From a virus (taxonomy: Duplodnaviria; Caudoviricetes), in the IMG/VR virus record IMGVR_UViG_3300027741_002957, positions 1 to 53,953 of that record: a DNA stretch of 53,953 nucleotides, one strand, 5' to 3'. The notes beneath the pieces were generated by a model. It was not told where the DNA came from. It saw only the letters and a program-made list of their open reading frames with translations, and did no database searches. This document shows positions 19,116-28,543 of this stretch, one piece after another; positions within the stretch are counted from its first letter, which is position 1, and every line of letters starts with the position of its first letter. Position numbers and translations under genes: made by a program.

Positions 19116-20225
19116 ATGGAGGTATACGAAATGCTAAATTATCTACAAGAATCATATAATGGATCACAAACTAATATGCTAATGAACTCTGCTTATTATT
19201 GCTATACAATTAAAGACACGGAAACAGGAAAGTTTTACTCTGGTTCTCGCGGAGTTGAAGGTAGTGGTATGCACGATTTGTTAATAAAGTATTTTACCAG
19301 TTCAACAGTGATTGATTTTAAGGAAAAACTAAAAAAATTCCCAGATTTGTTTGAATATAGAGTTGAATACTTTAAAACTAGAAGCGATGCATTCGCAGCA
19401 GAAAAAATATTCCATCAAAAGCATCAAGTTGGTAAGAATCCTGATTTTTTAAATTCTCTTACAGCAGGGGGATCAAACTGTGGGGCGGGTTCTGTGTTAT
19501 GCAAAGACAACTGTGGCAATACTTATCGAGTAACGGTAGAAGAATTCGCTACAGGAAAACATCAGCACGTTACGAAAGGTATGATGAATATACGCACAGT
19601 AACAGGTATTAAAAAAATATATACCACAGACTTTGATCCTAATACTCAATTGACTGAATTTAACGATTACGTTCTGGCATTAGACACAACTACTGGAAAA
19701 ACTTTCAGAATCCCAAAGACTACTTTTAGGTCTAACCCTAATTTTGTCGGCATTACTAAAGGGAAAGTAGCGGCATATGATACTGTTAATAAATGTAAAA
19801 AATTGGTGTCACAGAATGAATTCAACAACTCAAATGGCAGATATGTTGGTAATACATTTGGGTTAGTTCCGGTTATAGACAGAGACACCGGAGAAAAGAA
19901 ACTAGTAGCAAAAGAAAAATATGATAAAAATGTATATAAACATCATAATACCGGAAATATTGTAGTATATTCCATTGCTGAAAGAAAAGTTGTCACAATA
20001 AGCAAGGAAGAATATGAGACAAATTCTACCAACTACGCCAATTTAAGTACTAAGGTTTTCTATAAAGTAGATGGTAAGTTTTTTAAATCAAAAGATCTAA
20101 TGAATGAATACTACAAAACAACTAGAGGTAAAACGGTATTAAAAGTCAGTCAATTTGAGATGTCCGATAGGTTTACTGATATCAAAACTTTAACAAGAGA
20201 AGAACACGAAAATGGTAAAAACTAA
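19116..20225 (+). mobile_element. Free-standing GIY-YIG homing endonuclease between the split-intein halves
   Basis: YYCYTIKDTETGKFYSGSR, conserved E (AAEK) and N (FLN), repeated C-terminal DNA-binding modules. AT-rich, with its own CATAAATA at 19106. Confidence 0.8.
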
Positions 20226-20616
20226 AAAGATTCAAATTAAAGATCTAACCGCAGGTATGAAAATTAAAACTAAAAATGAGAACGGCGAAATAGTGTTTAA
20301 AACAGTAACTAATAAATGGGATACTACTGTAAATCAACACGACCAAGTTCGATTAGAATTTGAAAATGGTGTGACATTGAATTGCTCAGTGAATCACCCT
20401 ATTATGGTGCTACATGAGTCGGGATCGTTCTTGCAAAAGAAGCCAACGGATCTTACAAATGAAGATCGCGTTCTTACTGAAAATGGATTTACTCGCTTGC
20501 TGGTTGCAGATTTTGAACAGCAAAACGACACCAGATACATTGATATTACAGTAGACGACACCCATACATTTTTTGCTTCGAATAGCAGCCATGGTCCTAT
20601 GGTCTTGACTCACAAC
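20212..20616 (+). mobile_element. Split intein IntC in NrdA
   Basis: LNCSVNH (block B), YIDITV (block F), LTHN followed by Ser+1. Confidence 0.9.
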
Positions 20617-21192
20617 AGCCAAGGAGGGATCCGGAACGCAAGTGCTACTGTATTTTATCCAATTTGGCATCTTCAGTTTGATGATCTTATTGTTCTTAAG
20701 AATAACCAAGGCACAGAAGAAACTAGGGTACGACATATGGACTACGGAGTGGTACTTTCTGCCTTCTTCTGGAGGAGATTTAAAAACAAAGAAAATATAA
20801 CATTCTTTGATCCAAATGAAGTACCTGACTTGTACGAAGCATTTTATAAAGATATCGCCGCTTTTGAAAAACTGTATGTAAAATATGAAAAGCGTAAAGA
20901 CTTACGTACTAAAACAATGGCAGCTGAAGATGTATTCAAAGGCGGCATATTAAAAGAGCGCACAGATACTGGACGCATTTATCTTGTGTTTATCGACAAC
21001 GTACAGAATCAAGGTCCATTTGATCCCAACTTCCACACCATTTATCAAAGTAATCTTTGTTTGGAGATTTTGTTGCCAACTGTTGCAATGGGTACTACAA
21101 AGAAGAAGTTTATTAAGGTTAAAAAAGAAGTAGCAAGTGACTTTTTACTAAACAAACCAGAGCAATTTGTTAAACTGAAGAAACTGAAATAG
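20212..21192 (+). CDS. nrdA: NrdA piece 2: IntC (135 aa), catalytic middle (to QSNLCLE), Lys-rich tail
   Basis: LTHN|SQGGIRNASATV, ERTDTGRIY, and YQSNLCLEILLPT (N437/C439/E441 equivalents). Confidence 0.93.
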   Translation: MVKTKKIQIKDLTAGMKIKTKNENGEIVFKTVTNKWDTTVNQHDQVRLEFENGVTLNCSVNHPIMVLHESGSFLQKKPTDLTNEDRVLTENGFTRLLVADFEQQNDTRYIDITVDDTHTFFASNSSHGPMVLTHNSQGGIRNASATVFYPIWHLQFDDLIVLKNNQGTEETRVRHMDYGVVLSAFFWRRFKNKENITFFDPNEVPDLYEAFYKDIAAFEKLYVKYEKRKDLRTKTMAAEDVFKGGILKERTDTGRIYLVFIDNVQNQGPFDPNFHTIYQSNLCLEILLPTVAMGTTKKKFIKVKKEVASDFLLNKPEQFVKLKKLK

Positions 21193-21237
21193 TTAGTGGA
21201 TTGGTGGAAATATTTTAACACATTTTGGAGTTGAAGA

Positions 21238-22254
21238 ATGATTGAATTATATGAAGAAATAGAATATCTACCCGAAGAACTGGATGATGAATATGAATAT
21301 TATGAGGTGGATGAAGATGCCGCGAGGATTAGTTTGTGTACGCTTGGTAGTATCAACTGGGGAGCCTTCCGTAATCCTGAAGACATGCGTCGTGCTTGCC
21401 GTATTCTACAGCGTAGCCTATGCAATATCTTAGATTATCAAGACTTCCTATCAATCCAGAGTAAATTATCTAACGATGAAATCAGCCCACTAGGTATTGG
21501 TATAACCAATTTAGCCTACTGGCATGCCAAGCGTAACCTAAAGTATGGAGAAAAGGACGCACTCCAGGATGTCAAGACATGGATGGAACATCAAGCGTTT
21601 TACCTGACAGAGGCTACTGTTGAATTAGCCCGAGAGCGCGGTGCATGCATCGATAGTGAAAAAACACGATATGGGCAAGGAATATTTCCTTGGGAATTAA
21701 GAGCCAAGGCTGTTAATGACTTAGCAGACTTTACACCAGAACTTGATTGGGAAACACTCCGTACTAATATGAGACAGTATGGAGTCCGCAATGCAACAGT
21801 AATGGCCATTGCTCCAGTTGAAAGCAGTAGTGTTGTTATAAACAGCACTAATGGAATTGAATTACCTATGAGCTTGATCAGCACAAAGGAAAGCAAAGCA
21901 GGATCACTCACACAAGTTGTACCAGAGTACACTAAACTTAAAAACAAGTATCAACTAATGTGGGATCAAAAGGACTGCGACGGATATCTCAAAACCGCTG
22001 CGGTTTTGGCAGCTTATGTTGATCAAAGCATTAGTACCAATACTTTTTATAATCCTGCTCATTTCGCAGATCGTAAAGTGCCGGCGACATTGGTTGCTAA
22101 GAACTTGATGCAAGCGCATTTGTGGGGCCTCAAGACCATATACTACTCACTAGTGAATAAACAAGGATCAAAAGCCGACGCTGGAGAAGCACCTGCTATG
22201 CTAGAACCAATTGACTTTGATGATGAGTCTGGATGTGAGTCGTGTAAATTATAG
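21238..22254 (+). CDS. nrdA: NrdA piece 3: acidic head plus C-terminal catalytic region
   Basis: ISLCTLGSIN (C462 equivalent), LGIGI, AIAPVESSS, NGIE, DQSIS, KTIYY, C-terminal CESCKL. Own RBS GGAG. Confidence 0.93.
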   Translation: MIELYEEIEYLPEELDDEYEYYEVDEDAARISLCTLGSINWGAFRNPEDMRRACRILQRSLCNILDYQDFLSIQSKLSNDEISPLGIGITNLAYWHAKRNLKYGEKDALQDVKTWMEHQAFYLTEATVELARERGACIDSEKTRYGQGIFPWELRAKAVNDLADFTPELDWETLRTNMRQYGVRNATVMAIAPVESSSVVINSTNGIELPMSLISTKESKAGSLTQVVPEYTKLKNKYQLMWDQKDCDGYLKTAAVLAAYVDQSISTNTFYNPAHFADRKVPATLVAKNLMQAHLWGLKTIYYSLVNKQGSKADAGEAPAMLEPIDFDDESGCESCKL

Positions 22255-22344
22255 CCTGTGAGGAAATAGTTCCCTGCATGAATATGGTAAAATATTTTAG
22301 AAATGGTTGGGTTCCGACACAAGACACAGAATGGAAGAATATAA

Positions 22345-23445
22345 ATGTCAAAAGCACAATATGATTTATCTACCAAAACTGACTATCTCACACGCAAGAT
22401 GTTCTTGGATCCTGCTGGTCCGGTAACTGTCCAGCGCTTTGAGGAATTTCGTTATCCGCGTGTTGCCAAATATGAACAGGAGCAGCGTGGATTTTTCTGG
22501 GTGCCAGAAGAGATCAATCTTACCAAGGATGCTAATGATTTCAAGAATGCCAGTGATGCGGTCAAACATATATTCACCAGCAATCTATTGCGACAAACAG
22601 CACTGGATAGCCTACAGGGCCGTGCCCCGGTACAGGTATTCAGCCCAGTGGTAAGCCTACCGGAAATGGAATCTCTAGTGTCAATCTGGAGTGCGTTTGA
22701 AACCAATATTCACAGCAAATCCTACAGTCACATCATACAAAACATCTATAATGTTCCCAAAGACGTATTCAACACCATCCACGACGTCAGTGAGATTATC
22801 AGCATGGCCGCCGACATCGGTGAATACTACAATGCTCTGCACATTATCAACTGCCGCAAGGAACTTGGACAGGAGATCCACGAGCAAGAGCACATCGATG
22901 CCATTTGGCTAGCACTCAATGCCAGTTATGCACTGGAAGCGTTTCGCTTCATGGTCAGTTTTGCCACCAGCCTAGCCATGGTTGAGAACAAGATCTTTAT
23001 TGGCAACGGCAACATCATCAGCCTTATCCTACAGGATGAGATGCTGCACAAGGACTGGACTGCATTCATCATCAATCAAGTTGTCAAAGAAGATGCGCGT
23101 TTCGCCCAGGCCAAAATTCGCTGCCAAACTGAAGTGTACGCTATGTATGCCAGCGTAGTAGCCGAGGAAAAAGCCTGGGCCGACTATCTGTTCAGCAAAG
23201 GCCCTGTGATCGGACTCAATGCTAATATTTTGAAAGATTTTGTTGATTTCACCAGTGCAGCAGCATTGAAGGACATAGGCATAAAATACCAAGGCACAGC
23301 GCCACGCAGCACTCCGATACCTTGGTTCAACAAGCACAGTAATCCCAGCAAGAAGCAATCAGCACTGCAGGAAACTGAATCAACCAACTATGTTATTGGT
23401 GTGCTCAGTACAGACATCAGTTACAACGAATTGCCCATCCTGTGA
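22345..23445 (+). CDS. nrdB: Ribonucleotide reductase beta subunit
   Basis: FFWVPEE, DSLQGR, ETNIHSKSY, EAFRF, DEMLH di-iron and tyrosyl motifs. Confidence 0.95.
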   Translation: MSKAQYDLSTKTDYLTRKMFLDPAGPVTVQRFEEFRYPRVAKYEQEQRGFFWVPEEINLTKDANDFKNASDAVKHIFTSNLLRQTALDSLQGRAPVQVFSPVVSLPEMESLVSIWSAFETNIHSKSYSHIIQNIYNVPKDVFNTIHDVSEIISMAADIGEYYNALHIINCRKELGQEIHEQEHIDAIWLALNASYALEAFRFMVSFATSLAMVENKIFIGNGNIISLILQDEMLHKDWTAFIINQVVKEDARFAQAKIRCQTEVYAMYASVVAEEKAWADYLFSKGPVIGLNANILKDFVDFTSAAALKDIGIKYQGTAPRSTPIPWFNKHSNPSKKQSALQETESTNYVIGVLSTDISYNELPIL

Positions 23446-24134
23446 AAATTGCAGTTATCACGCCGTATTGGCATGAAACTTCCGATGTGCTGACACGCTG
23501 CAGGCTCAGCGTGTCAGCACAGACACATGCAGATTATAGACACATCATGGTGGCAGATGGCAACCCCCATCCCATAGTGAGCAAATGGCCCGATGTTGAC
23601 CACATGGTATTACCTTGCTGCCATGCTGATGCCGGTGCTACTCCCAGAGCATTGGCTGCTATATCAGCATTCAGCCAAGGCTATGATGCTGTGGCATTTT
23701 TAGATGCTGACAACACCTATGAACCAAATCACCTAGAATTGATGGTAAAAACTATTGGTTCTCAAGCAGTTGCAACAGCTACACGAACAATATGTACCAG
23801 ACTCGGGACTGCTCTTTATATCGACACAATAGAAAGCACTGGCGAAGATTTTTGCGATACCAACTGTCTTTTTCTGACAGCGCCAAGCATGCATTGTCTT
23901 GTAAACTGGATCACCGAACCATCACTGCGGTTATGGAGCGATAGGAAATTTTGGCACAGTATATTGCAGGCCAATCTGTCACGAGTACATTGTAAAATAC
24001 CCAGTGTAAACTATCATTCAAGATGGGCTTGGCACTATCAACATGCTGGACTGATTCCACCTGCAGACAGTGTTTGGATTGCTCAACAGAATGGGAATTT
24101 GCATACATATACACATGCTGAGACAACAAGATAG
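23442..24134 (+). CDS. Glycosyltransferase family 2
   Basis: IAVITPY, SVSAQT, VADG, AFLDAD (DxD). Confidence 0.8.
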   Translation: MKIAVITPYWHETSDVLTRCRLSVSAQTHADYRHIMVADGNPHPIVSKWPDVDHMVLPCCHADAGATPRALAAISAFSQGYDAVAFLDADNTYEPNHLELMVKTIGSQAVATATRTICTRLGTALYIDTIESTGEDFCDTNCLFLTAPSMHCLVNWITEPSLRLWSDRKFWHSILQANLSRVHCKIPSVNYHSRWAWHYQHAGLIPPADSVWIAQQNGNLHTYTHAETTR

Positions 24135-24143
24135 GACGGTGAC

Positions 24144-24407
24144 ATGACTGCAGTAATCTACACCAAACATGACTGCCCGTATTGTGTACGAGCCAAAGAT
24201 CTATTAATCAGTCAAGGAATCGACTATGTTGAATACATAGTCAGCCCGGGATTTGGCGAAACTCCCGCAAATCCAAACCAATTCTACGTAACCAAAGCTG
24301 ATCTTTTGGCAAAACTACCAAATGCCAAAACAGTGCCGCAGATCTGGCTTGATGACCAACATATAGGCGGCTATAGCGAGTTGGCCCAGCATTTTAACCA
24401 AACCTAA
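24144..24407 (+). CDS. Glutaredoxin
   Basis: CPYC, TVPQI, IGGY. Confidence 0.95.
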   Translation: MTAVIYTKHDCPYCVRAKDLLISQGIDYVEYIVSPGFGETPANPNQFYVTKADLLAKLPNAKTVPQIWLDDQHIGGYSELAQHFNQT

Positions 24408-24447
24408 AAAATAAATACGCACATATTTCCCTACCTGGAGAACTGAT

Positions 24448-25329
24448 GTGCCTTTAAATCCCCCGTCATACAGCGGCCAAGATGTATGGTATAGTCCTAA
24501 TGTTTATATAAACCAAGTACAGGCAGCCTTGTGGCAGCCGGCGGTGCCGATGCCATCGGCACTGCATTCTATACCTGTATTGCCAAATCCTTCCTACAGC
24601 CTGACTGCTGAACAGATATCATTGGCCACTTCTTCTACATTTACTCAGTGGACCATACGTGATGCAGATGGTAATATTACATTTGTTCCAGCAGATACTC
24701 CTGGTGCCAGTCCAGAAGGCACGGCCCCTTCCCCGGGCGCTGCTGCTGGGCAAATATCGGGCCCAACTACTACTGCTATTGATCCTGTGGCTGTAGGCCA
24801 AGGAGGCTATTCTACATTTATTGCCAATATGACCAAAGCCTATCAGGAAGGATTAAGTGGAGCATGGCGTGGCGGTGCCAGCAACTCAAATATACAAAAA
24901 ATGCTAGCAGCCACCGGCATCAGTTCTGGCAGTGTGTTTCCGCCCGGGCATAGTTTTTGGTGTGCAGCATTCATGGGATGGATGCTGAAAATCAGTGGTT
25001 TAAAATATGTAGTTGGACCCGGTGATACCTGCTCTGCATCTGCTCCAAGTTATGTTAATTATGGACAGTCTATTGACATCAAGAATCCAAAACTATGGCG
25101 GCAGGGGGATGTAGCAGTGGTAGGCAGCCATGGTAACACCAGTTCTGGGTCACATGTGACCTTTTTGTGGTCATATCCAGGTGGAGGTTGGTGGAAATGC
25201 CTTGGGGGCAATCAAGGCAACACACCGGGTGATTTAATTCTGGGCGGATTCCAACTGGACTCGTTTAGATATATAGGCCGTGCTTGGCCTGATCCAAACA
25301 CTCCGCTGCCCACAAGTCCATCAAAATAA
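24448..25329 (+). CDS. TIGR02594-like/CHAP-type virion-associated protein (putative peptidoglycan hydrolase)
   Basis: WCAAFMGW.L, GDVAV, SHVTF, LGGNQ. Late promoter at 24410. Confidence 0.7.
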   Translation: MPLNPPSYSGQDVWYSPNVYINQVQAALWQPAVPMPSALHSIPVLPNPSYSLTAEQISLATSSTFTQWTIRDADGNITFVPADTPGASPEGTAPSPGAAAGQISGPTTTAIDPVAVGQGGYSTFIANMTKAYQEGLSGAWRGGASNSNIQKMLAATGISSGSVFPPGHSFWCAAFMGWMLKISGLKYVVGPGDTCSASAPSYVNYGQSIDIKNPKLWRQGDVAVVGSHGNTSSGSHVTFLWSYPGGGWWKCLGGNQGNTPGDLILGGFQLDSFRYIGRAWPDPNTPLPTSPSK

Positions 25330-25382
25330 TATTGCTGTGCCAAGAGACTTTTGATTATCCTGTATACAGCAGGAGAACAAAC

Positions 25383-25718
25383 ATGTTATTAGATAAACCA
25401 CTAGATGCCAACGATATCGTAAGTGTTAAACTTGGCAACGGCGACGAGATCATCGCAAAGGTTCTAGCTGTTGACGCCGAAAAGATCACAGTGTCTAAAC
25501 CACTACTGATGATTCTAAGCCAAGATCCAAGATCAGGTGCACCAGGTGTACAAATGGCGCCATTTTGGATGATGGGTGCAGATCCCGCAGGAAAATTCAC
25601 AATCTCAAAGACACATGTTGTTTGCTTAGTCAAAGCCAACATAGACGCTGCAAAGAGTTATTTGGCACAGACCACAGGATTGACCATCCCCAGCGCCGGC
25701 AGCGGACTCATTACATGA
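25383..25718 (+). CDS. Sm-like fold phage protein
   Basis: DIVSVKLGNGDEIIAKV...KPL...APF...Y...TTGLT. Start moved to ATG 25383 after AGGAG. Confidence 0.7.
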   Translation: MLLDKPLDANDIVSVKLGNGDEIIAKVLAVDAEKITVSKPLLMILSQDPRSGAPGVQMAPFWMMGADPAGKFTISKTHVVCLVKANIDAAKSYLAQTTGLTIPSAGSGLIT

Positions 25719-26656
25719 ATTATAAACCTTTCCAATATAGCGGCACCACAAACTTCCTACGTTGCGAAAGGTACTATGATCAACCCATAGCTGTGTTGGG
25801 ATTACCAGTTGACAGTGGTACCTCATATCGCAGCGGTACTAGACATGGGCCTGCTGGCATACGTGCAGCCAGTGCCATGTTGACTGACGGACATCTTGCT
25901 GGTTATGATGTTGATCTCTATCCATGGTTGGGCGATTATGGAGATCTACCATTGCCAACTGGCAACACGCAAGCGGTATTGGCTATGATCCAAGCACGCA
26001 TGACGGACTTGACCAGGACCAACACACATGTGGTGGCCCTGGGTGGAGACCACCTTATAACCCTGCCAATTCTACGCAGCCTTAAAGAAAAGCATGGCAA
26101 GATTGCTGTTGTGCATTTCGATGCACACTGTGATACATGGAATGATCACTTCGGTGAAACCCATGGGCATGGTACATGGCTACGCCATGCCATTGATGAG
26201 GATCTAGTGCAGGCTGATCACACCATCAGCATTGGCATCCGTAGCCCCGCTGATGAAGACTCTCGGCATTATCTGGTCTCAAAAGGTGGTATCACACTGT
26301 CGGCTTACGAAGCAACAGTGGTCCAACCACGAGACATGGCCGGACTGATTGCCCGCAGGGTTGGCAATATGCCTGCCTATCTCAGCCTTGATATCGACTG
26401 CCTTGATCCGTCGCAGGCTCCTGGTACAGGCACTCCAGAGATAGGTGGCCTGTCTAGTATTTGGCTTCGTGAAGTCATGGATAATATGCAGGGCATTTCA
26501 TGGATAGGCATGGATTGTGTAGAAGTATCACCAGCCTACGATCATGCTGAGATTACATCATTGGCTGCAGCGACATTTTGTCTGCAGTATATATCCAAAA
26601 TTGCCATGGCCATGGACACACAACTTAGATTGAAAAGACTTTCAAAACCCGCATAA
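25715..26656 (+). CDS. speB: Agmatinase (ureohydrolase family)
   Basis: GP.GIR.AS, LGGDH, DAHCD, HG, SLDIDCLDP..APGTGTPE.GG, VEVSPAYD. True start is probably ATG 25715 (ATGA overlap). Confidence 0.9.
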   Translation: MNYKPFQYSGTTNFLRCERYYDQPIAVLGLPVDSGTSYRSGTRHGPAGIRAASAMLTDGHLAGYDVDLYPWLGDYGDLPLPTGNTQAVLAMIQARMTDLTRTNTHVVALGGDHLITLPILRSLKEKHGKIAVVHFDAHCDTWNDHFGETHGHGTWLRHAIDEDLVQADHTISIGIRSPADEDSRHYLVSKGGITLSAYEATVVQPRDMAGLIARRVGNMPAYLSLDIDCLDPSQAPGTGTPEIGGLSSIWLREVMDNMQGISWIGMDCVEVSPAYDHAEITSLAAATFCLQYISKIAMAMDTQLRLKRLSKPA

Positions 26657-26684
26657 ATAGGCCAGTTGATAAAAGGACGGCATC

Positions 26685-27740
26685 ATGGCAAGGGTTTTGT
26701 TCATACTGAAAAGACGAGACGACTATAATCACAAGGCCCATGCACATGTTGGTCTCAGTACAGGTCTTTATAACAGTGTGAAATTTGTCAATGACATGCT
26801 GAACAGCGCTGGTATAGAAAGTAAACTGTTCGTAGCCATTGACAATAACTGTATTGATCGCGAGGTGCGTAATTATCAACCAACACATGTAATAATAGAA
26901 GCGCTATGGGTAGTGCCAACAAAATTTCATATACTAACGCAACTACATCCAACGGTCAACTGGATAATAAGACTGCATAGCGAAATGCCATTTATTGCTG
27001 CTGAAGGCATTGCAATGGATTGGATAGCAGACTATGTGCGTTTTGCCAAGGTCAACATGGCCGTCAATGCACCCCGCATGTTAGACGAAACTCGTTTTTA
27101 TCTTAAACACATATATGGTTGGTCAGATGAGCATACCAACCAGCGTGTGACATATTTGCCAAACTTTTATCCTCAAGACTACACAAAACCAAAATCAAAA
27201 TCATCCAACAGCTATATAGATATCTCCTGCTTTGGAGCCATTCGCCCGCTGAAAAACCACCTTCTTCAGGCATTATGTGCTGTACAATTTGCCGATTCAA
27301 TTGGTAAGAAATTGCGCTTCCATGTGAATGCTGGTCGAATTGAAATGAAAGGCGAACCCATGTTGAATAATCTCAAAGGCATGTTTCAGCATCTTGCAGA
27401 TTCTGGACATCAATTGATCAGTCATACCTGGGTTCCGCGAGAAGAATTTCTTGAAATTTGTGCCAAAATGGACATGGGCATGCAGGTCAGTCTGTCAGAA
27501 ACATTTAACATAGTAGCAGCAGATCACCTAAGCCAAGGAGTGCCAGTTGTGGGCAGCAGGGAGATACCATGGGCCAGCAGCCTATTCACTGCGGACCCGG
27601 TAGAAAGCCGAGATATTGTGAAAAAACTGTCTCGCACATGGGATTGTCCTTGGATTAATGTAAAATTAAATCAATTTGAATTGACTAACTACACCGATAA
27701 AACACGTGATATTTGGGTTAAATATTTCAATATAAACTGA
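26685..27740 (+). CDS. Glycosyltransferase (GT-B fold)
   Basis: FGAIRPLKN and SETFNIVAAD...GVPVVGS resemble the GT4 E-x7-E region. Late promoter at 26652. Confidence 0.7.
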   Translation: MARVLFILKRRDDYNHKAHAHVGLSTGLYNSVKFVNDMLNSAGIESKLFVAIDNNCIDREVRNYQPTHVIIEALWVVPTKFHILTQLHPTVNWIIRLHSEMPFIAAEGIAMDWIADYVRFAKVNMAVNAPRMLDETRFYLKHIYGWSDEHTNQRVTYLPNFYPQDYTKPKSKSSNSYIDISCFGAIRPLKNHLLQALCAVQFADSIGKKLRFHVNAGRIEMKGEPMLNNLKGMFQHLADSGHQLISHTWVPREEFLEICAKMDMGMQVSLSETFNIVAADHLSQGVPVVGSREIPWASSLFTADPVESRDIVKKLSRTWDCPWINVKLNQFELTNYTDKTRDIWVKYFNIN

Positions 27741-27755
27741 AAAGATGGAGGCATT

Positions 27756-27968
27756 ATGTCTGAAGAATTTTACAAGGTGCGTATGCATGACTGGGAAAAA
27801 GGCATGCTGAAATTTGTGGATACATTTTTTTCGTCATTTGATGAAGCATTGACCTATGCGTCAGAGTTGTATTGTGATAATTTTAAAATTTTTGATTCTA
27901 ACAACAATCTCAGACACAGCAGCCATGGCAAGAAACAACAGCATCAAGATTGGCCTAAATATGCTTGA
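27756..27968 (+). CDS. Small hypothetical protein
   Basis: 70 aa, RBS GGAGG. Confidence 0.6.
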   Translation: MSEEFYKVRMHDWEKGMLKFVDTFFSSFDEALTYASELYCDNFKIFDSNNNLRHSSHGKKQQHQDWPKYA

Positions 27969-27994
27969 CATAGGGACTTTATGATTTTTATAAT
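27965..27994 (+). promoter_or_regulatory. Consensus sigma70 promoter for tmRNA
   Basis: TTGACA-18 nt-TATAAT. Confidence 0.85.
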
Positions 27995-28000
27995 AGAACT

Positions 28001-28330
28001 GATGCTGTTTGACGGAAGGTGAATGAATTGTACAGTACCGGAGGGGCAGTACCTCCGCATCTCCACCAGTAAGCACATTGGTACCCATAGGTGTTAGAAA
28101 TATGGGGTAATTGCATTAACACTCGTCCGGTGTGCTTGCTCGTGGGGATGAAACAGGATCGCCTGGCAATATGAAGACCAACTTTAGGTATTGGGTAAGA
28201 CACGACTCACAATCAGTTCAAAAAACAAAAATGACAATGACAACATTGCATTTGGAGACATGCTGCTAGCAGCATGAGCTCTTGGGCTTACAGGACGCCT
28301 AGAAACAGAAGAAGGCCCGCAAGGGCCTTC
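28001..28330 (+). ncRNA. ssrA: Circularly permuted (two-piece) tmRNA
   Basis: The acceptor piece ends in T-arm CGGAGG-GGCAGTA-CCTCCG plus CATCTCC-A-CCA (28068). The intervening segment is 28069-28143. The coding piece starts GGGGATG (28144), giving a 7-bp acceptor stem with G3.U70. The tag ORF 28233-28277 reads DNDNIAFGDMLLAA*. Confidence 0.92.
28311..28330 (+). terminator. Hairpin at the tmRNA 3' end
   Basis: GAAGGCCC-GCAA-GGGCCTTC. Confidence 0.75.
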
Positions 28331-28487
28331 ACCTATGATCACATGAACATTTGAGACAAAAAGATGATCATTGTGGAAAAAATTTTCATGTATAAACAGA
28401 CCTGAGATGCAGCAAGAAGATTTTGGGTTTTTCCCCCAACAACATCACTTCAATATTGCGTCCGGACAGGGTTTCCATTTATATTTG

Positions 28488-28532
28488 GTGTGATTTGATA
28501 ATGCTATCAAATCACACACACACAGACACACA
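28488..28532 (+). repeat. 13-bp hairpin followed by a CA-dinucleotide tract in a 5' leader
   Basis: GTGTGATTTGATA-ATGC-TATCAAATCACAC, then CACACACAGACACAC abutting RBS AGGAG. Confidence 0.8.
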
Positions 28533-28543
28533 GGAGAACAAAA

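Noticed and set aside
21082-21327. Group I intron or stop read-through joining NrdA pieces 2 and 3
   Set aside because: The pieces are in frame but separated by two different stops. I see no group I core in the roughly 250-nt insert. Both flanks encode strongly biased, complementary peptides, and piece 3 has its own RBS. RT-PCR is needed to exclude it formally.
28038-28068. Stand-alone tRNA gene
   Set aside because: Only a T-arm and a 3' acceptor strand are present. The 5' strand lies downstream at 28144, which fits a permuted tmRNA.
27861-28203. Minus-strand ORFs 27861-28088 and 27988-28203
   Set aside because: They are antisense to the tmRNA and its promoter and have no protein features.
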